The notes under the pieces: generated by a model | Database searches by the model: none | What the model was told of the DNA's origin: nothing | What the model saw: the letters and a program-made list of their open reading frames with translations, nothing else | Source of the DNA: Blepharisma stoltei ATCC 30299 | Taxonomy: Eukaryota; Protista; Ciliophora | DNA: 64,000 nucleotides | Direction: 5' to 3' | NCBI GenBank assembly: GCA_965603825.1 | Contig: CBFDEM010000020.1 | Span: forward strand, 620,001 to 684,000 | Shown here: positions 1-11,287 of the stretch, one piece after another | Position numbering within the stretch: position 1 is the stretch's first letter | Layout of the letters: every line of letters starts with the position of its first letter | Made by a program: the position numbers and the translations under genes

Positions 1-308
1 TGCTGGTGGAGCTGGGTTTTTTCCATTGCAAGGTTTAAAATTGTATCATTAGCTTTTTGTGTGCAATTTTTAAGTTCTTCTTGAAGCTGCTCGAGTTGAG
101 TTTCTTTGCTGACTTGCAAATCTGACTGGAGCTTTTTAACTTGCTCTCTATAGACCTCTAATTCTTCTTGTAAAGCTGCTGTTTTTTGGTCAATATATGG
201 AATTGACGATTGATCACTGTGCCATACCAAATCAGATCTAGGAGAAAATCCTATGTTGGAACTGGATTCTAAATGAATTTTCTCAGAATAATTTTGATAG
301 TCTTCCAT
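1..308 (-). CDS. Coiled-coil protein, 5' part (runs off the left edge of the window)
   Basis: ATG at 308 (MEDYQNYSEK...ELKNCTQKANDTILNLAMEKTQLHQ); frame open to base 1; paralogous to 1912-2315. Confidence 0.65.
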   Translation of the reverse strand, partial: MEDYQNYSEKIHLESSSNIGFSPRSDLVWHSDQSSIPYIDQKTAALQEELEVYREQVKKLQSDLQVSKETQLEQLQEELKNCTQKANDTILNLAMEKTQLHQ

Positions 309-360
309 TTAAATCAAAATATTTTAATATTAATTATCGAAATTAAATTGATTCCCAAAA

Positions 361-640
361 TTAAGTACGCTGTTTGTAGAGTTGAATTGACAATGAAAAG
401 CTAGTCCTATAAATTTGGTTCTTAGCCTTTCCTAAGCTTCGAGTTTTGGAGACTATTTTTTTCATTCTTTCTGCAGAATCCACATTAAGAACAAGTTGCT
501 CAGTATTTCTAAGAATTGCCTCCACCACGCCAAGAAGAATTTTTCTCATAATTCTTGGTGTTCCGCACAATAGCTTGTCCAATAATTCGATGGGCAACTT
601 AATCCATAAATCTTTGGATAACGAAAGCAATGCATAAGTA
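361..640 (-). pseudogene. Start-less helical-protein 3' remnant
   Basis: Open frame (..LLGVVEAILRNTEQLVLNVDSAERMKK..) with no upstream ATG; its copy at about 2367-2640 is frameshifted. Confidence 0.35.
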
Positions 641-743
641 ATTAAAGATAGAAAATTAAGTTTCTATAATTCTTAATTAAATAATTTTGATAATATTCCA
701 TTTAAATCATAATTGTTTTAAATATTTACCCTTAAAAAGAAGT

Positions 744-1277
744 TTATAATTGACTTCCAGAGTTAAGCTCATTGTTTTCCGCATCGATTTTATGAGAAAT
801 TGATTGCTCTTGGCTTTGGGCTCTTAACCTTTCTTCAGCTTCAAGTCTTAAGAATTCATTCTCTTCATCCTCGCTGCAACAGTTGCATTTAGAGCAAGCT
901 ACCCACTTACTCCAATTATTACCTCCCCAGCCCCATATCTTTTTAGCGCAAGCAAGGTTTGTTGATGGGTTACAAGTTGGTGAACCTCCACTGCATGAGG
1001 CCCAGTTGGAAGAGTTAATTTGCCATAAGCCAATGTCATTTGACCCATTAGTGTTATGGTTTTGTGCATTAGCATTCCCACCACTTTCATGAGAGGCAAT
1101 GCATTGGCAGCATGTTTGGCTCCATCCTGAATATTGAGAGCACCAAGAAGCAATATTTACTACGTTCTTTGTAGTTCCACACAAGCAGCTTGTGCAGCTA
1201 TTTGATGGGCAATTTCCTCCACAGGTATTTGCATAAGTACAGGCAAGGAATAAAGCTATTAGTACAATGCTCTTTAT
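744..1277 (-). pseudogene. Lysozyme-fold secreted protein A, copy 1; start codon is ATA instead of ATG
   Basis: Colinear and the same length (534 nt) as 2904-3437; ATA at 1277-1275; HESGGN...GSNDIGLWQINS intact; no internal stops. Confidence 0.7.
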
Positions 1278-1547
1278 AATGATTATAGATTAATTTACTC
1301 CACTATTTAATTTCCAGCATTCTACAATTTTTTATTTAAGATGATAACTTTTTGCACAATTAAAAATTAGAATGAAACTTCAAATTCCAGATAATCCTAC
1401 TAAATGCATGCTTTTATATTGTTTTTAAGCTCAAAGAACAGTCTAGGATTTATTTTCACCAATAATTAGTAGAAAATATAATTAAAATTATAATCTATAT
1501 TTAAATATTTTATAAATTAATATGTTATTCTAAAGGCTTGAATCATA

Positions 1548-1911
1548 TTAAACCTGAGAATCATACCTAAGACCCCTATTTTTAGCAGCAAGTTCTTCAA
1601 CTAATCTGGCTTGGTCTTCTATTTCTTTCATTTGTGCTCGAAGTTCAAGAATTAATTTATCTCTTTCATCAGATGAATTACAACATCCACATGCTGAGCA
1701 TGCAGGCCAATATTTTCAACTATTTCAACCCCAAGCCCAAATTTTTTTTGCGCAATTTAAATTTGAGGTTGGAGAGCACGGTGGGTTACCATCGTTGCAG
1801 GATTCCCAATTTGTGCTGTTAATTTGCCAAACACCTATTTGTCGAGATCCATAGGAATTATAGCTTTCAGTATTTGCGTTTCCATTGCTTATATTTGATG
1901 CAATACATTTG
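1548..1911 (-). pseudogene. 5'-truncated copy of lysozyme-fold paralog B
   Basis: Near-identical to 3717-4080, then switches abruptly at about 1912 to coiled-coil gene sequence; no signal peptide or start. Confidence 0.85.
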
Positions 1912-2315
1912 ACCTGCTATCTCAAGATCTTGGATTTTGTTTTTTCCATTACGGTTTTCAATAACTTCTTGTGCCAGTCTGTCTACAGCTTCTTGAAGTC
2001 TTTTATTTTGCTGGTGGAACTGGGTTTTTTCCATTGCAAGGTTTAAAATTGTATCATTAGCTTTTTGTGTGCAGTTTTAAGCTCTTCTTGAAGCTGCTCG
2101 AGCTGAGTTTCTTTGCTTACTTGCAAATCTGACTGGAGCTTTTTAACTTGCTCTCTATAGACCTCTAATTCTTCTTGTAAAGCTGCTGCTTTTTGGTCAA
2201 TATATGGAATTGACGATTGATCACTGTGCCATACCAAATCAGATCTAGGAGAAAATCCTATGTTGGAGCTGGATTCTAAATGAATTTTCTCTGAATAATT
2301 TTGACAGTCTTCCAT
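1912..2315 (-). pseudogene. Coiled-coil protein copy 2, frameshifted and 3'-truncated
   Basis: 1-nt deletion near 2075 relative to copy 1 (AAAACTGC vs AAAAATTGC) gives TAA at 2045-2043; the shifted frame continues KANDTILNLAMEKTQF... to the junction. Confidence 0.7.
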
Positions 2316-2903
2316 TTAAATCAAAATATTTTAAATATTAATTATCGAAATTAATTGATTCCCAAATTATGCACGCTGTTTTTAGTTTGAATTGATAATG
2401 AAAAGTTAGTCCTATTAATTGGCTCTTAGCCTTTCCTAAGCTTCAAGTTTTGGATATTTTCTTTATTCTTACTGCAGAATCCACATTAAGAACAAGTTAC
2501 CCAGTATTTCCAAGAATTGTCCACACGACGCCAAGAAGAATTGTTCACATAATTCTTGCTGTTCTGCACAATAGCTTGCCCAATAATTTGATTGGGAATT
2601 TACTCTATAAAATTTGGATAAACGAAAGCAATGCATAAGTAATTGAAGTTAAAAAATTGAGTCCTTAGGGTTATAATTTTTAATATAATTTAATAAAATA
2701 ATTTTCTTCACACTAATTGATTAATTTAGTATCTATTATATTTATTTCAAGATGAGTGATTATTTGATTTTTTTAAAATAATTGTTGAGGCTATTTAAAC
2801 TATATTAATAAGCAAATAAGTTTCTATAATTTTTAATTAAATAATTTTGATAATATTCCATTTAAATCGTAATTTTTTTAAATATTTACTCTTAAAAAGA
2901 AGT

Positions 2904-3437
2904 TTATAATTGACTTCCAGAGTTAAGCTCATTGTTTTCCGAATCGATTTTATGAGAAACTGACTGCTCTTGGCTTTGGGCTCTTAACCTTTCTTCAGCT
3001 TCAAGTCTTAGGAATTCGTCCTCTTCAGCCTTGCTGCAACAATTGCATCCAGAACAAGTTGACCATAATTTCCAAGTATTGCCTCCCCAACCCCATACCT
3101 TTTTAGCGCAAGCAAGGTTTGTTGATGGGTTACAAGGTGCAGAACCTCCACTGCATGAATCCCAGTTTGCTGAGTTAATTTGCCATAAGCCAATGTCATT
3201 TGACCCATTAGTGTTATGGTTTTGTGCATTAGCATTCCCACCACTTTCATGAGAGGCAATGCATTGGCAGCATGTTTGGCTCCATCCTGAATATTGAGAG
3301 CACCAAGAAGCAATACTTACAACGTCCTTTGTAGTTCCACACAAGCAGCTTGTGCAGTCATTTGATGGGCAATTTCCTCCACAGGTATTTGCATAAGCAC
3401 AGGCAAGGAATAAAGCAATTAGTGTAATGCTTTTCAT
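2904..3437 (-). CDS. Secreted Cys-rich lysozyme-fold muramidase (c-type/GH22-like), paralog A
   Basis: Signal peptide MKSITLIALFLACAYA; CIASHESGGNANAQNHNTNGSNDIGLWQINS aligns with hen lysozyme [31 protein letters not shown] (Glu35 and Asp52 equivalents present); charged C-terminal tail. Confidence 0.85.
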   Translation of the reverse strand: MKSITLIALFLACAYANTCGGNCPSNDCTSCLCGTTKDVVSIASWCSQYSGWSQTCCQCIASHESGGNANAQNHNTNGSNDIGLWQINSANWDSCSGGSAPCNPSTNLACAKKVWGWGGNTWKLWSTCSGCNCCSKAEEDEFLRLEAEERLRAQSQEQSVSHKIDSENNELNSGSQL

Positions 3438-3716
3438 AATGATTATTGATTAATTAACTCCACTATTTGATTTCCCATATAGAGAGCTATCCACAATTTT
3501 TTATTTAAGATGATAACTTTTTGCACAATTAAAAATGCTAATTAAACTTCAAATTCCTGATAATACTACTAAACGCATGCTTTTATATTGTTTCTAGGCT
3601 CAAAGGACAGTCTAGGATTTATTTTCTCCAATAATTAGTAGAAAATATAATTAAAATTATAATCTATATTTAAATATATCATAAATTAATATGTTATTCT
3701 AAAGGCTTGAATCATA

Positions 3717-4256
3717 TTAAACCTGAGAATCATACCTAAGACCCCTATTTTTAGCAGCAAGTTCTTCAACTAATCTGGCTTGGTCTTCTATTTCTTTCAT
3801 TTGTGCTCGAAGTTCAAGAATTAATTTATCTCTTTCATCAGATGAATTACAGCATCCACACGCTGAGCATGCAGGCCAATATTTTCAACTATTTCCACCC
3901 CAAGCCCAAATTTTTTTTGCGCAATTTAAATTTGAGGTTGGAGAGCACGGTGGGTTACCATCGTTGCAGGATTCCCAATTTGTGCTGTTAATTTGCCAAA
4001 CACCTATTTGTCGAGATCCATAGGAATTATAGCTTTCAGTATTTGCGTTTCCATTGCTTATATTTGGTGCAATACATTTGCAGCATGATTGGCTCCAGCC
4101 TTGAAATTGAGAACACCAATAAGCTATATCAATAACATTTGAAGAGTACCCACAAGAGCAAGTGTCCTTAGGGCAGTCATTTAAAGGGCAGTTTCCACCA
4201 CAAGTATCTGCATAGGCTAAAAACGCTAATCCTAGTAGAATAAATATTCCTTTCAT
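3717..4256 (-). CDS. Secreted lysozyme-fold paralog B lacking both catalytic acids
   Basis: ATG 4256 MKGIFILLGLAFLAYA; TGA at 3887-3885 aligns with a TGG Trp of paralog A; TAA at 3719-3717; active-site segment reads CIAPNISNGN...GSRQIGVWQINS. Confidence 0.85.
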
Positions 4257-4748
4257 ATTAATTATTTTTGAATTAAAATAGAATATGTCAAAATTATCAG
4301 TTTGGATATTAAATATCATCCAAAACAACTAAATTTTCAATTTAAAATTATTTTCTTTGCTCTGTGTTTTATGGGTATATATGTTTGATAATTCTAAAGA
4401 AGTATGAACAGCAAGCTATTCTTCCATTTTAATTGATAGTCTTAGAATCCAATTCTTAGAAATTCTTTGAAGCTTAGTCAGCTCTAAGGCTGTCTACGCA
4501 TAAACCTTAAAGAAACCGAAGGTAGAAAGTCAAATTAAATTTTAGATTGGAGCTGAAAATATTAAAGATTTTTATGAATTCATTCATATCGATTTAGCCA
4601 CGTAATGAATGATAAAAATAAATAAAACAATTGTTTTATATGTATCAGGCTTAGATGTCCCTTACTTTGCATCACCTATCAAGGTAAATTTATCATCAGT
4701 CAAATATTTATTATTAGCCGGCCATTTAATTATATTTTATTGTTAAAT

Positions 4749-6596
4749 TTATTCCTCAACTCCAAGCATCCTTCGATGAGCCACATTCAGGAGCTTCCTT
4801 AACTCAACATTTTCAACCATGAGCTCAAACATTTTTTTCATTACATCATCGAATTTTTTTTGCCCTTTGGTTTTAAATCTATCGAGATCCAATTCTCCTC
4901 TCTCTATCCTTCGTTCAGATTTCGTGACTATATCAATTAAATACTCATTTAAATTTTTCTCAGTTTTCGGCATTTGTCCATTTGTAATTACTTTATCAAG
5001 TGATGAAGTTTGTATTTTTTGATAAATTCTTCATAATGTTTCGACCATTTTGTTGTAAACTTCTTTTTTCTCAAGCGTCCTCTCAATTTTTGTAACTTCA
5101 GCTACCATATTGCTGAATGCTGTTCACAACTGAGCTTGGCAATATAAAGAATCAAGCACAAACTTCAACGTATAAGCCGAAAAATGTGACATCCCCATGG
5201 AAAGATCACTGAATTGGCCTCTCTTTTCCATAATTTTTGACGTGATTTTTTTACAATGGTAAAGGCTTGCATATCTTAATTGCTCTTCTGGAGGTTTTAT
5301 TTTGCTGATTCCTTCAATGAAGTCAGCTAAATTTACATAGTTCTGTACCTCAAGCTTTTTCTTATAGCGGTTCATTGCAAGTGATGTAATTTGTATTGAT
5401 CTAAGAGATATGGAATCCTGCATCAGGTCTGCAAGCATTTTTTTGAATTTTTCGACTTCTTTGTCGTCATCAGGACTGTAAAGTGTGGAAAAAAATACAA
5501 AAGCTTGCTCTCTTGCTGCATTCAGTTCCTGCATAATTAATTCAAACCACCCTATGCGCTTTTTACCCTTCGCTTCGTAGTTTTCTTGAACTTCATCAAC
5601 AGTTGAGTCAATCTCTTTTAGACGGCTATGCACTTTGTAAAGTTCTGTTAGTACAGGTTTTAGATTTAAAGCAAGAGCGTCGTCTGCTCTTCCTCTTTTA
5701 GAAGTAGCCCTTGAAAACTTAGATCTTGTACTTTTTGCTACAGATTTTGCTACAGACCTTGCTTTGGATGATTTTGACATTTTAGAGACATCTTGTGATG
5801 CAATCTGATTGATTACAGCTGCTGAGGTGCCTCCACCTAATTTTGCATCTTCCTCTTCTTGCTTTTTTATTTCTGCTAATTCTTGAGAATCAATCTCTTG
5901 AGAGCTGTTTAACTCTGAATCTTCTTCAGGAAGCTTTGGGATTGCTAAGACTTGGCTGCCTCTAAATATCAAAGTTTCGACAGGCTTATTTTTAAATGTT
6001 TCTACTTGTTTAGGATGATCTACATCTACCAAGGAAGAAAGACCTAGTTGTCCAACATCATTTTGACCCCATGAATAAACACCAAAACTTTCAGTAATGA
6101 TATAAGATGAATTTCCACTGGCAAAAATTTGACTAGCAAAAACGCCATTAGGGAACTCAACTTGTTCTGGACTTCAAAAATTTGGCTGATTTTTCTCATG
6201 GCCTTGGCCGCATTGAAAATTCTTATTGCTGCCCCAAGTAAACACAAAGCCGTTACTTGCCATTGCAATTACATGATTATCTCCGATTACAACATCCTCA
6301 AACACGACATCATCTGGAACTTGTATCTGAATTCTCTCAGGAATTTTTGCTTGCTTCCTGTCTATGCCAAGGCCTAAGCAGCCTTCAACATTGTAGCCCC
6401 AGGACCAAACATGTCCTTGTACATCAATCATGACTGCAAACGAAACGCCTAGTGCCAATTTTTTAATTTTGCCAGGAGTGTCAAACTCCATAATCAGAGG
6501 AGCTGTAATATTTTGTGACCATTTACCCCAGATATAGAATGGATCTTTTTCCATTATCTGTATATCTCCTTCCATGTACTCTTCTCCTGATTCCAT
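4749..6596 (-). CDS. RCC1-repeat protein with helical C-terminus (615 aa)
   Basis: VWSWGYNVEGCLGLG, VFTWGSNKNFQCGQG and VYSWGQNDVGQLGL repeats; ORF fragments join in frame through TGA. Confidence 0.85.
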
Positions 6597-6720
6597 TTTT
6601 CAATTATAAGAAATATTTATTTCGGTTTAGGATTCAATAAGTTTGATTTCAGATGAATTATTTCTTTACTTGCAGATATAATTTCTGAAGAGTTTAGTAT
6701 TAATCTTATAATAAGGATAC

Positions 6721-7602
6721 TTATTGATTTGGCAGTCTTTCATTTTCTTGACTTGGTAATCTTTCATATTCTTGGCTAGACTCCTGGTCTTGAGGCCTGC
6801 TATGAATTGAATCATAAGTTTCCCTGGCTTTTCCTGCAATAGAAGTCAATGCGCTTTTTGTTTTATCTTTTATATTTTGCACTGCTGAGCTTTGGCTGAT
6901 TTCTTTAATTGCGTTTGTGGTTTTTTCTTTAATGTTTTGTACTGAAGGAGCTTCACTTCATTCTTTTGTTTTTTCAACAGCTGCAGAAAAGGCTTGCTTT
7001 GTTTTTGCTTCCCATTCCTGTACGATAGGTTTTTGACTGATTTCTTTTGTTTTGTCAGCAATTTTTTTCCCAATATTCTGGGTCATAGTAAGAGCAGAGC
7101 CAAAGGTCTTAGTCCAAGAAAAGCCTGATGACGATTGTTCAGCTTGCTGACGTGGAGGTTCTGGAAACTTTCTTTCCTCTTCTTCAATTGGCAAGATTCC
7201 GACTTCTTGTATTGGCTGAGGTGCTTCATAGTTGATTCCTTCTGCGACGATCTTTATTTTATCACGATAATACTGGGCTGCGCGAGTCTTATACTTAGAA
7301 ATATTGGATGGAAGATCAGCTGGGATATTGTAATTTGCAAAGAAATCTGCTAATGCTTTATTGCCACCAACTGTCATAATTTTAAGCTGTTTGATAGTCC
7401 ATGTGTCCATTGATAAAGATCTAACAAAACTGATATGTACTCCATAACCCCTATGAATCCCTGCACATTGAAGGCATAAGAAAATTCCATTGCTCACAGA
7501 AGCCCAGTCTGGATTTCTTGAAGAGCAATCGAAGCATACATTGTTGAGTGGATCTTCTTTGAGGCGTTGAAATATTTGTTCTGAAGTTTCCTTTGATACC
7601 AT
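6721..7602 (-). CDS. ARF GTPase-activating protein (ArfGAP1-like)
   Basis: CFDC-x16-CLQC zinc finger, GIHRGYGVHISFVRS; reads through TGA at 6960-6958 to TAA at 6723-6721. Confidence 0.92.
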
Positions 7603-7921
7603 TTTTATAGTAGATCATCATAATTCAAACTAAATCCAAAAATATTTAAATGTCCAAATCTGAAGTATTTTCTTTGTGAGTAGATTGGAGTCATCTAAAG
7701 TGCTTCATATTTAAATTTAAATGATTTATTAATAATAACACAAAATCTTAAGCTTATTATCAGCTATCTTGGAAGTATGAATTAAATTCATTAGGACTCG
7801 CAATATTCAAATGGCTAAGAAATGCTTTTGTTGAAAAATTAAGAAATTGAAATCAAAGATATTTTAATAGATTTATTCAAGGTTCTCTTCGTTATTATGC
7901 TTTCCAGATGATTATTTAAAA

Positions 7922-9802
7922 ATGGCTTTGCAATTAGGTTTTACTTGGAATGAAGAGCCAATAACATTCAAACATCAGCCAACTGTTAGCCAACCTATCG
8001 TAAACCAAAAGGAAATATTTACTCTTCCAGAACAGCTCGACTTTAAAGCTTCAGATCCACCAATGATTGGAATCGAAAAACCTCAGCCAATGAAATTTTC
8101 TAACAAACCGCCAAGTCCTAAGAAACTTATCCAATACCAAGGCCTAACAAAGAAAAAAAGCTGAAATGGTCCTCAAGCTAATGTTATAAAGAAGCCAAAG
8201 TTTTCGAATTTTACAAATCTATCAAAAGATAAGCTCAAATTACTTGGAAAGAAAAAAGAAGTAAAATCACATCCAAAAGTTGCTATAAAACCTCAGTGGA
8301 ATGACAACACAGGCACAGCAGGCCTATTTGATCCAGTTATTTCGAAAAAAATCCCAATTGAGATCAAGCATGCTATGAATAAAAATAAACTAGATGTTTC
8401 CAAAGAAAAGATTACTCCACCTACTGTTTTTCAGGCTTGAGATGAGGTCCCAAGAACTCAGTCAAAACCATCAAAGCCGCCTGCTCATAAAAAGCAAGTA
8501 GATCCAATTTTGAGACAAAAAGAAATTCTAATAAAAGAAAATTTGGACATCAGATTTTTTGAAGACAACGAAAATATCATAAAAAAACTCGAGCAGGAAC
8601 TTAATCATGAAAAAAAGGCAAGAAGACAGCTTGATTCTCAATTTTCTGAAAAAATGAAAGAACTAGAAAGATTTAAGGCTTTAGACCAGCAAATAAAAGT
8701 GGCAAAAGAGCAGTATATCAAGAAAAACAAGCAGCCAAGCCCAGAAAATGTCAGAAGCACCTCAGTTGGAAGAGCAACTGAACCACTTGTAAAGAAAATT
8801 CAACCTGGCATTGTCCAGAAGCCAAACATAAAGGAAGATGTAAGACTCATCAGACCTAAAACTGAGCCTCCAACATTAAAAAAAGTCACAAGTGAGCAGC
8901 TTTTATCACAAATCGATGTTATGAAAGAGTCTCTTAATGAGGATGAAATAATTCTTGATAAAAATGGAGGGAATATGTTTGAAATTCCTACTCGTGACAC
9001 AAATAAAAATAAGCCAATGATTATAAAACCTCCTAAAGATTGAAATAGAGCCAAATCTACCACTCCTGAGCTGCATAATGCTAAGACAAGCACTAAGCAA
9101 GAAAGCACGCTGCAAATAATTGAGCAAAGCGAGAGCTTTGCAGCTCCAGTTCAGCGTTTTGAGATAACAGAAGTCAGATCTAAAATGGATCCTTTACTAA
9201 ATGCATTAAGCAGTACAATTACCAGACTAAATCGCTCAGAAAAATATGGTGCTCATTCAGGGATTGGCTTAATCTCTAGAGTGTCAGCTAAATATATTGC
9301 TTATTATGCAGACTCTCTAAGCGATCTAATTATTGATGATATCTTAATTGATACTGTTCACGAGCTCCAGTCAATTGAAAATAGAGTCTCAAATAAAAAT
9401 ATAAAAGAATTTAAATCAGAATCTGAAAAATTCGTTGAAGAGCTTGTGAAAGACTTTCATGAAGAAACCAAAGCACTCCAAGAAAAATACGCAAAGCCCA
9501 TAGAAAAGAGAAAAGAGTTAGTTAAAGATGCAGAAGATGAAGTCGAAATTCTTATTGAAAAACCAAAAAGATTTTGGACTATTAATGTTGATGAAATGAT
9601 TATTAAATCTATTAAAAATTATAGAAGAGAAATGAAGAATTATTTGGAAATATATGGGGGAGGAAGTGAAGGCAAGCTTTGGGAAATTTATGGGTTTATA
9701 GGAGATGAGTTTGTGGAAGAAGCAGTTGATAGTGTCTTGAATGATTATTTGGGGGTTTTAGACGAATTTACTGATAAAGTGATAGGACAAGAGTTTATGT
9801 AG
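7922..9802 (+). CDS. Coiled-coil protein with Moonraker (KIAA0753)-like C-terminus
   Basis: Three ORF fragments lie in one frame joined by TGA; the C-terminus SIKNYRREMKNYL...LWEIYGFIGDEFVEEAVDSV...VIGQEFM resembles the Moonraker C-terminus as recalled. Confidence 0.6.
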
Positions 9803-9892
9803 CTTTATTAAATTAGAATTAAAATAAATTGCGTGATTTATATAGAAGTCTTTTAAAGTTAAATTAAATTAAAACTTGCAAATTAATCCAGC

Positions 9893-11263
9893 ATGGGCAC
9901 AAATTATATTGAATCCCAAGAAAATCCTTATCAAGAGTCTCCTGGAAAAAGAGTAAAGATCCCTTATAATTGGGAAAAAGAACCTAACTGCGACTCAAGA
10001 TCAGAACTTCTAAATAACCGTAAAAGAGAAAATCAGCAAAGCAATATTACATATGAATGGTATCATGAAAAGACTTCTAAAGGACAAGATAATTTATACA
10101 AACAATCAGGATTTAACGAAGAGCAAAGGAATAATAAAAACTTAGTTGACTCGATAAATAATATTATCAAATGAAGAACTGATGGCTCCGACACTAATCG
10201 TTCACACAGAATAATTATAAAAAAATCCGAAAAATTACTTACAACAGATGATATCAGCCCTCTAAGATACTCAGAGTCTCAAGCAAACACTTCTTTATCT
10301 GATATCAAAACGAAATCTCAGTTAACTGAAATGAGAAGAAATGAGATAAAAGAAGCAGGGATTAAAATTGGGAAAAAATGAGAAGAAAAAACAAAGCAAT
10401 ACTTATTTTTTAAACGTGATAATCCACCAAAGCAGGAGTTAGAAAAATCAGCTTCGTATTTGGAATATAATAAGACGCCAAAGTATAGAACATCCAGTGA
10501 ACTTGTTGAGGCTCGAAAAGAAACAATGGTAACTATCATATAGCTCGGAAATTTAATTTCTTCCTCAAACTATACGCATAAAGATGCTTCTAAACGGCTT
10601 AAAGAAAGAGAAGCTCAATCGCACAACCGAATTGATGTATTATCTTGAAAAGAAAAAGTTGAGCAAAGAAAAAATGAAGATATGAGTAAATTGCAAGAAG
10701 TATTTGGAAGCGATTCAAATGGAATTCGAAGAAAAGAACTCCCCAAATTCTTAAATAATAATAGAGAATACTGAAAAAATGAAGAAAATGAGAGAAACAG
10801 AGAAAATTCAAGAAAAACCTTATGACAAAAAAGAAAACTTGGGTATTTATTATACAGCGGAAAGCCTGAATCTTTAATAATTGATGAATCTATTCCAGTT
10901 TCTCCTATGTTTGACTCATCAAAACCTCACTGAAAAATTGAAGAAACCCCAGAAAAAATTGCAGAAAAACCAACAAGAATTCGCCATGACAGTTATTCTC
11001 CTGAATCCCTCAAAAATCATCATAAATCCTCATGATCAAAATATCTTTTACAGTTTTCAGGCCAAAATTCCAAGAGCGAGTATCAGATAACTTCAGCTAT
11101 AAACTCTCAATCGCCTGTGAAAAAAATTAGAAAGCAATGGCATACCCCAAAAAAGCAAGAAAGCTATTCAATGCTAAATCGGCTGATAAATAAAGGCAAT
11201 CATTTAAGTGCAAGCCCAGCGAAGAGAGCGATGCTATCTACAGGTTTCGGTACAGTGAATTAA
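9893..11263 (+). CDS. Hypothetical low-complexity protein (1 intron)
   Basis: Continuous frame with TGA=Trp after removing intron 10529-10543; TAA at 11261-11263. Confidence 0.75.
10529..10543 (+). other. 15-nt intron
   Basis: GTAACTATCATATAG; removes an in-frame TAG. Confidence 0.85.
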
Positions 11264-11287
11264 TCTAAATACTATTTAATGAAATTT

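Larger units (their letters stand above)
1..1911. repeat. Tandem segmental duplication, unit 1 (partial)
   Basis: 1-1911 aligns closely to 2009-4080, with offsets of about 2001-2169 because of indels. Confidence 0.9.
1912..4080. repeat. Tandem segmental duplication, unit 2
   Basis: 2009-4080 matches 1-1911; 1912-2008 continues the coiled-coil gene up to the junction. Confidence 0.85.

Noticed and set aside
2655-2820. About 159-nt AT-rich segment present only in duplication unit 2, as a retained IES
   Set aside because: No clean TA-bounded junction; short AGT microhomology fits an ordinary deletion in unit 1 equally well.
4330-4740. Possible decayed gene between lysozyme B and the RCC1 gene
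   Set aside because: Only short frames interrupted by TAA/TAG, with no recognisable motif.
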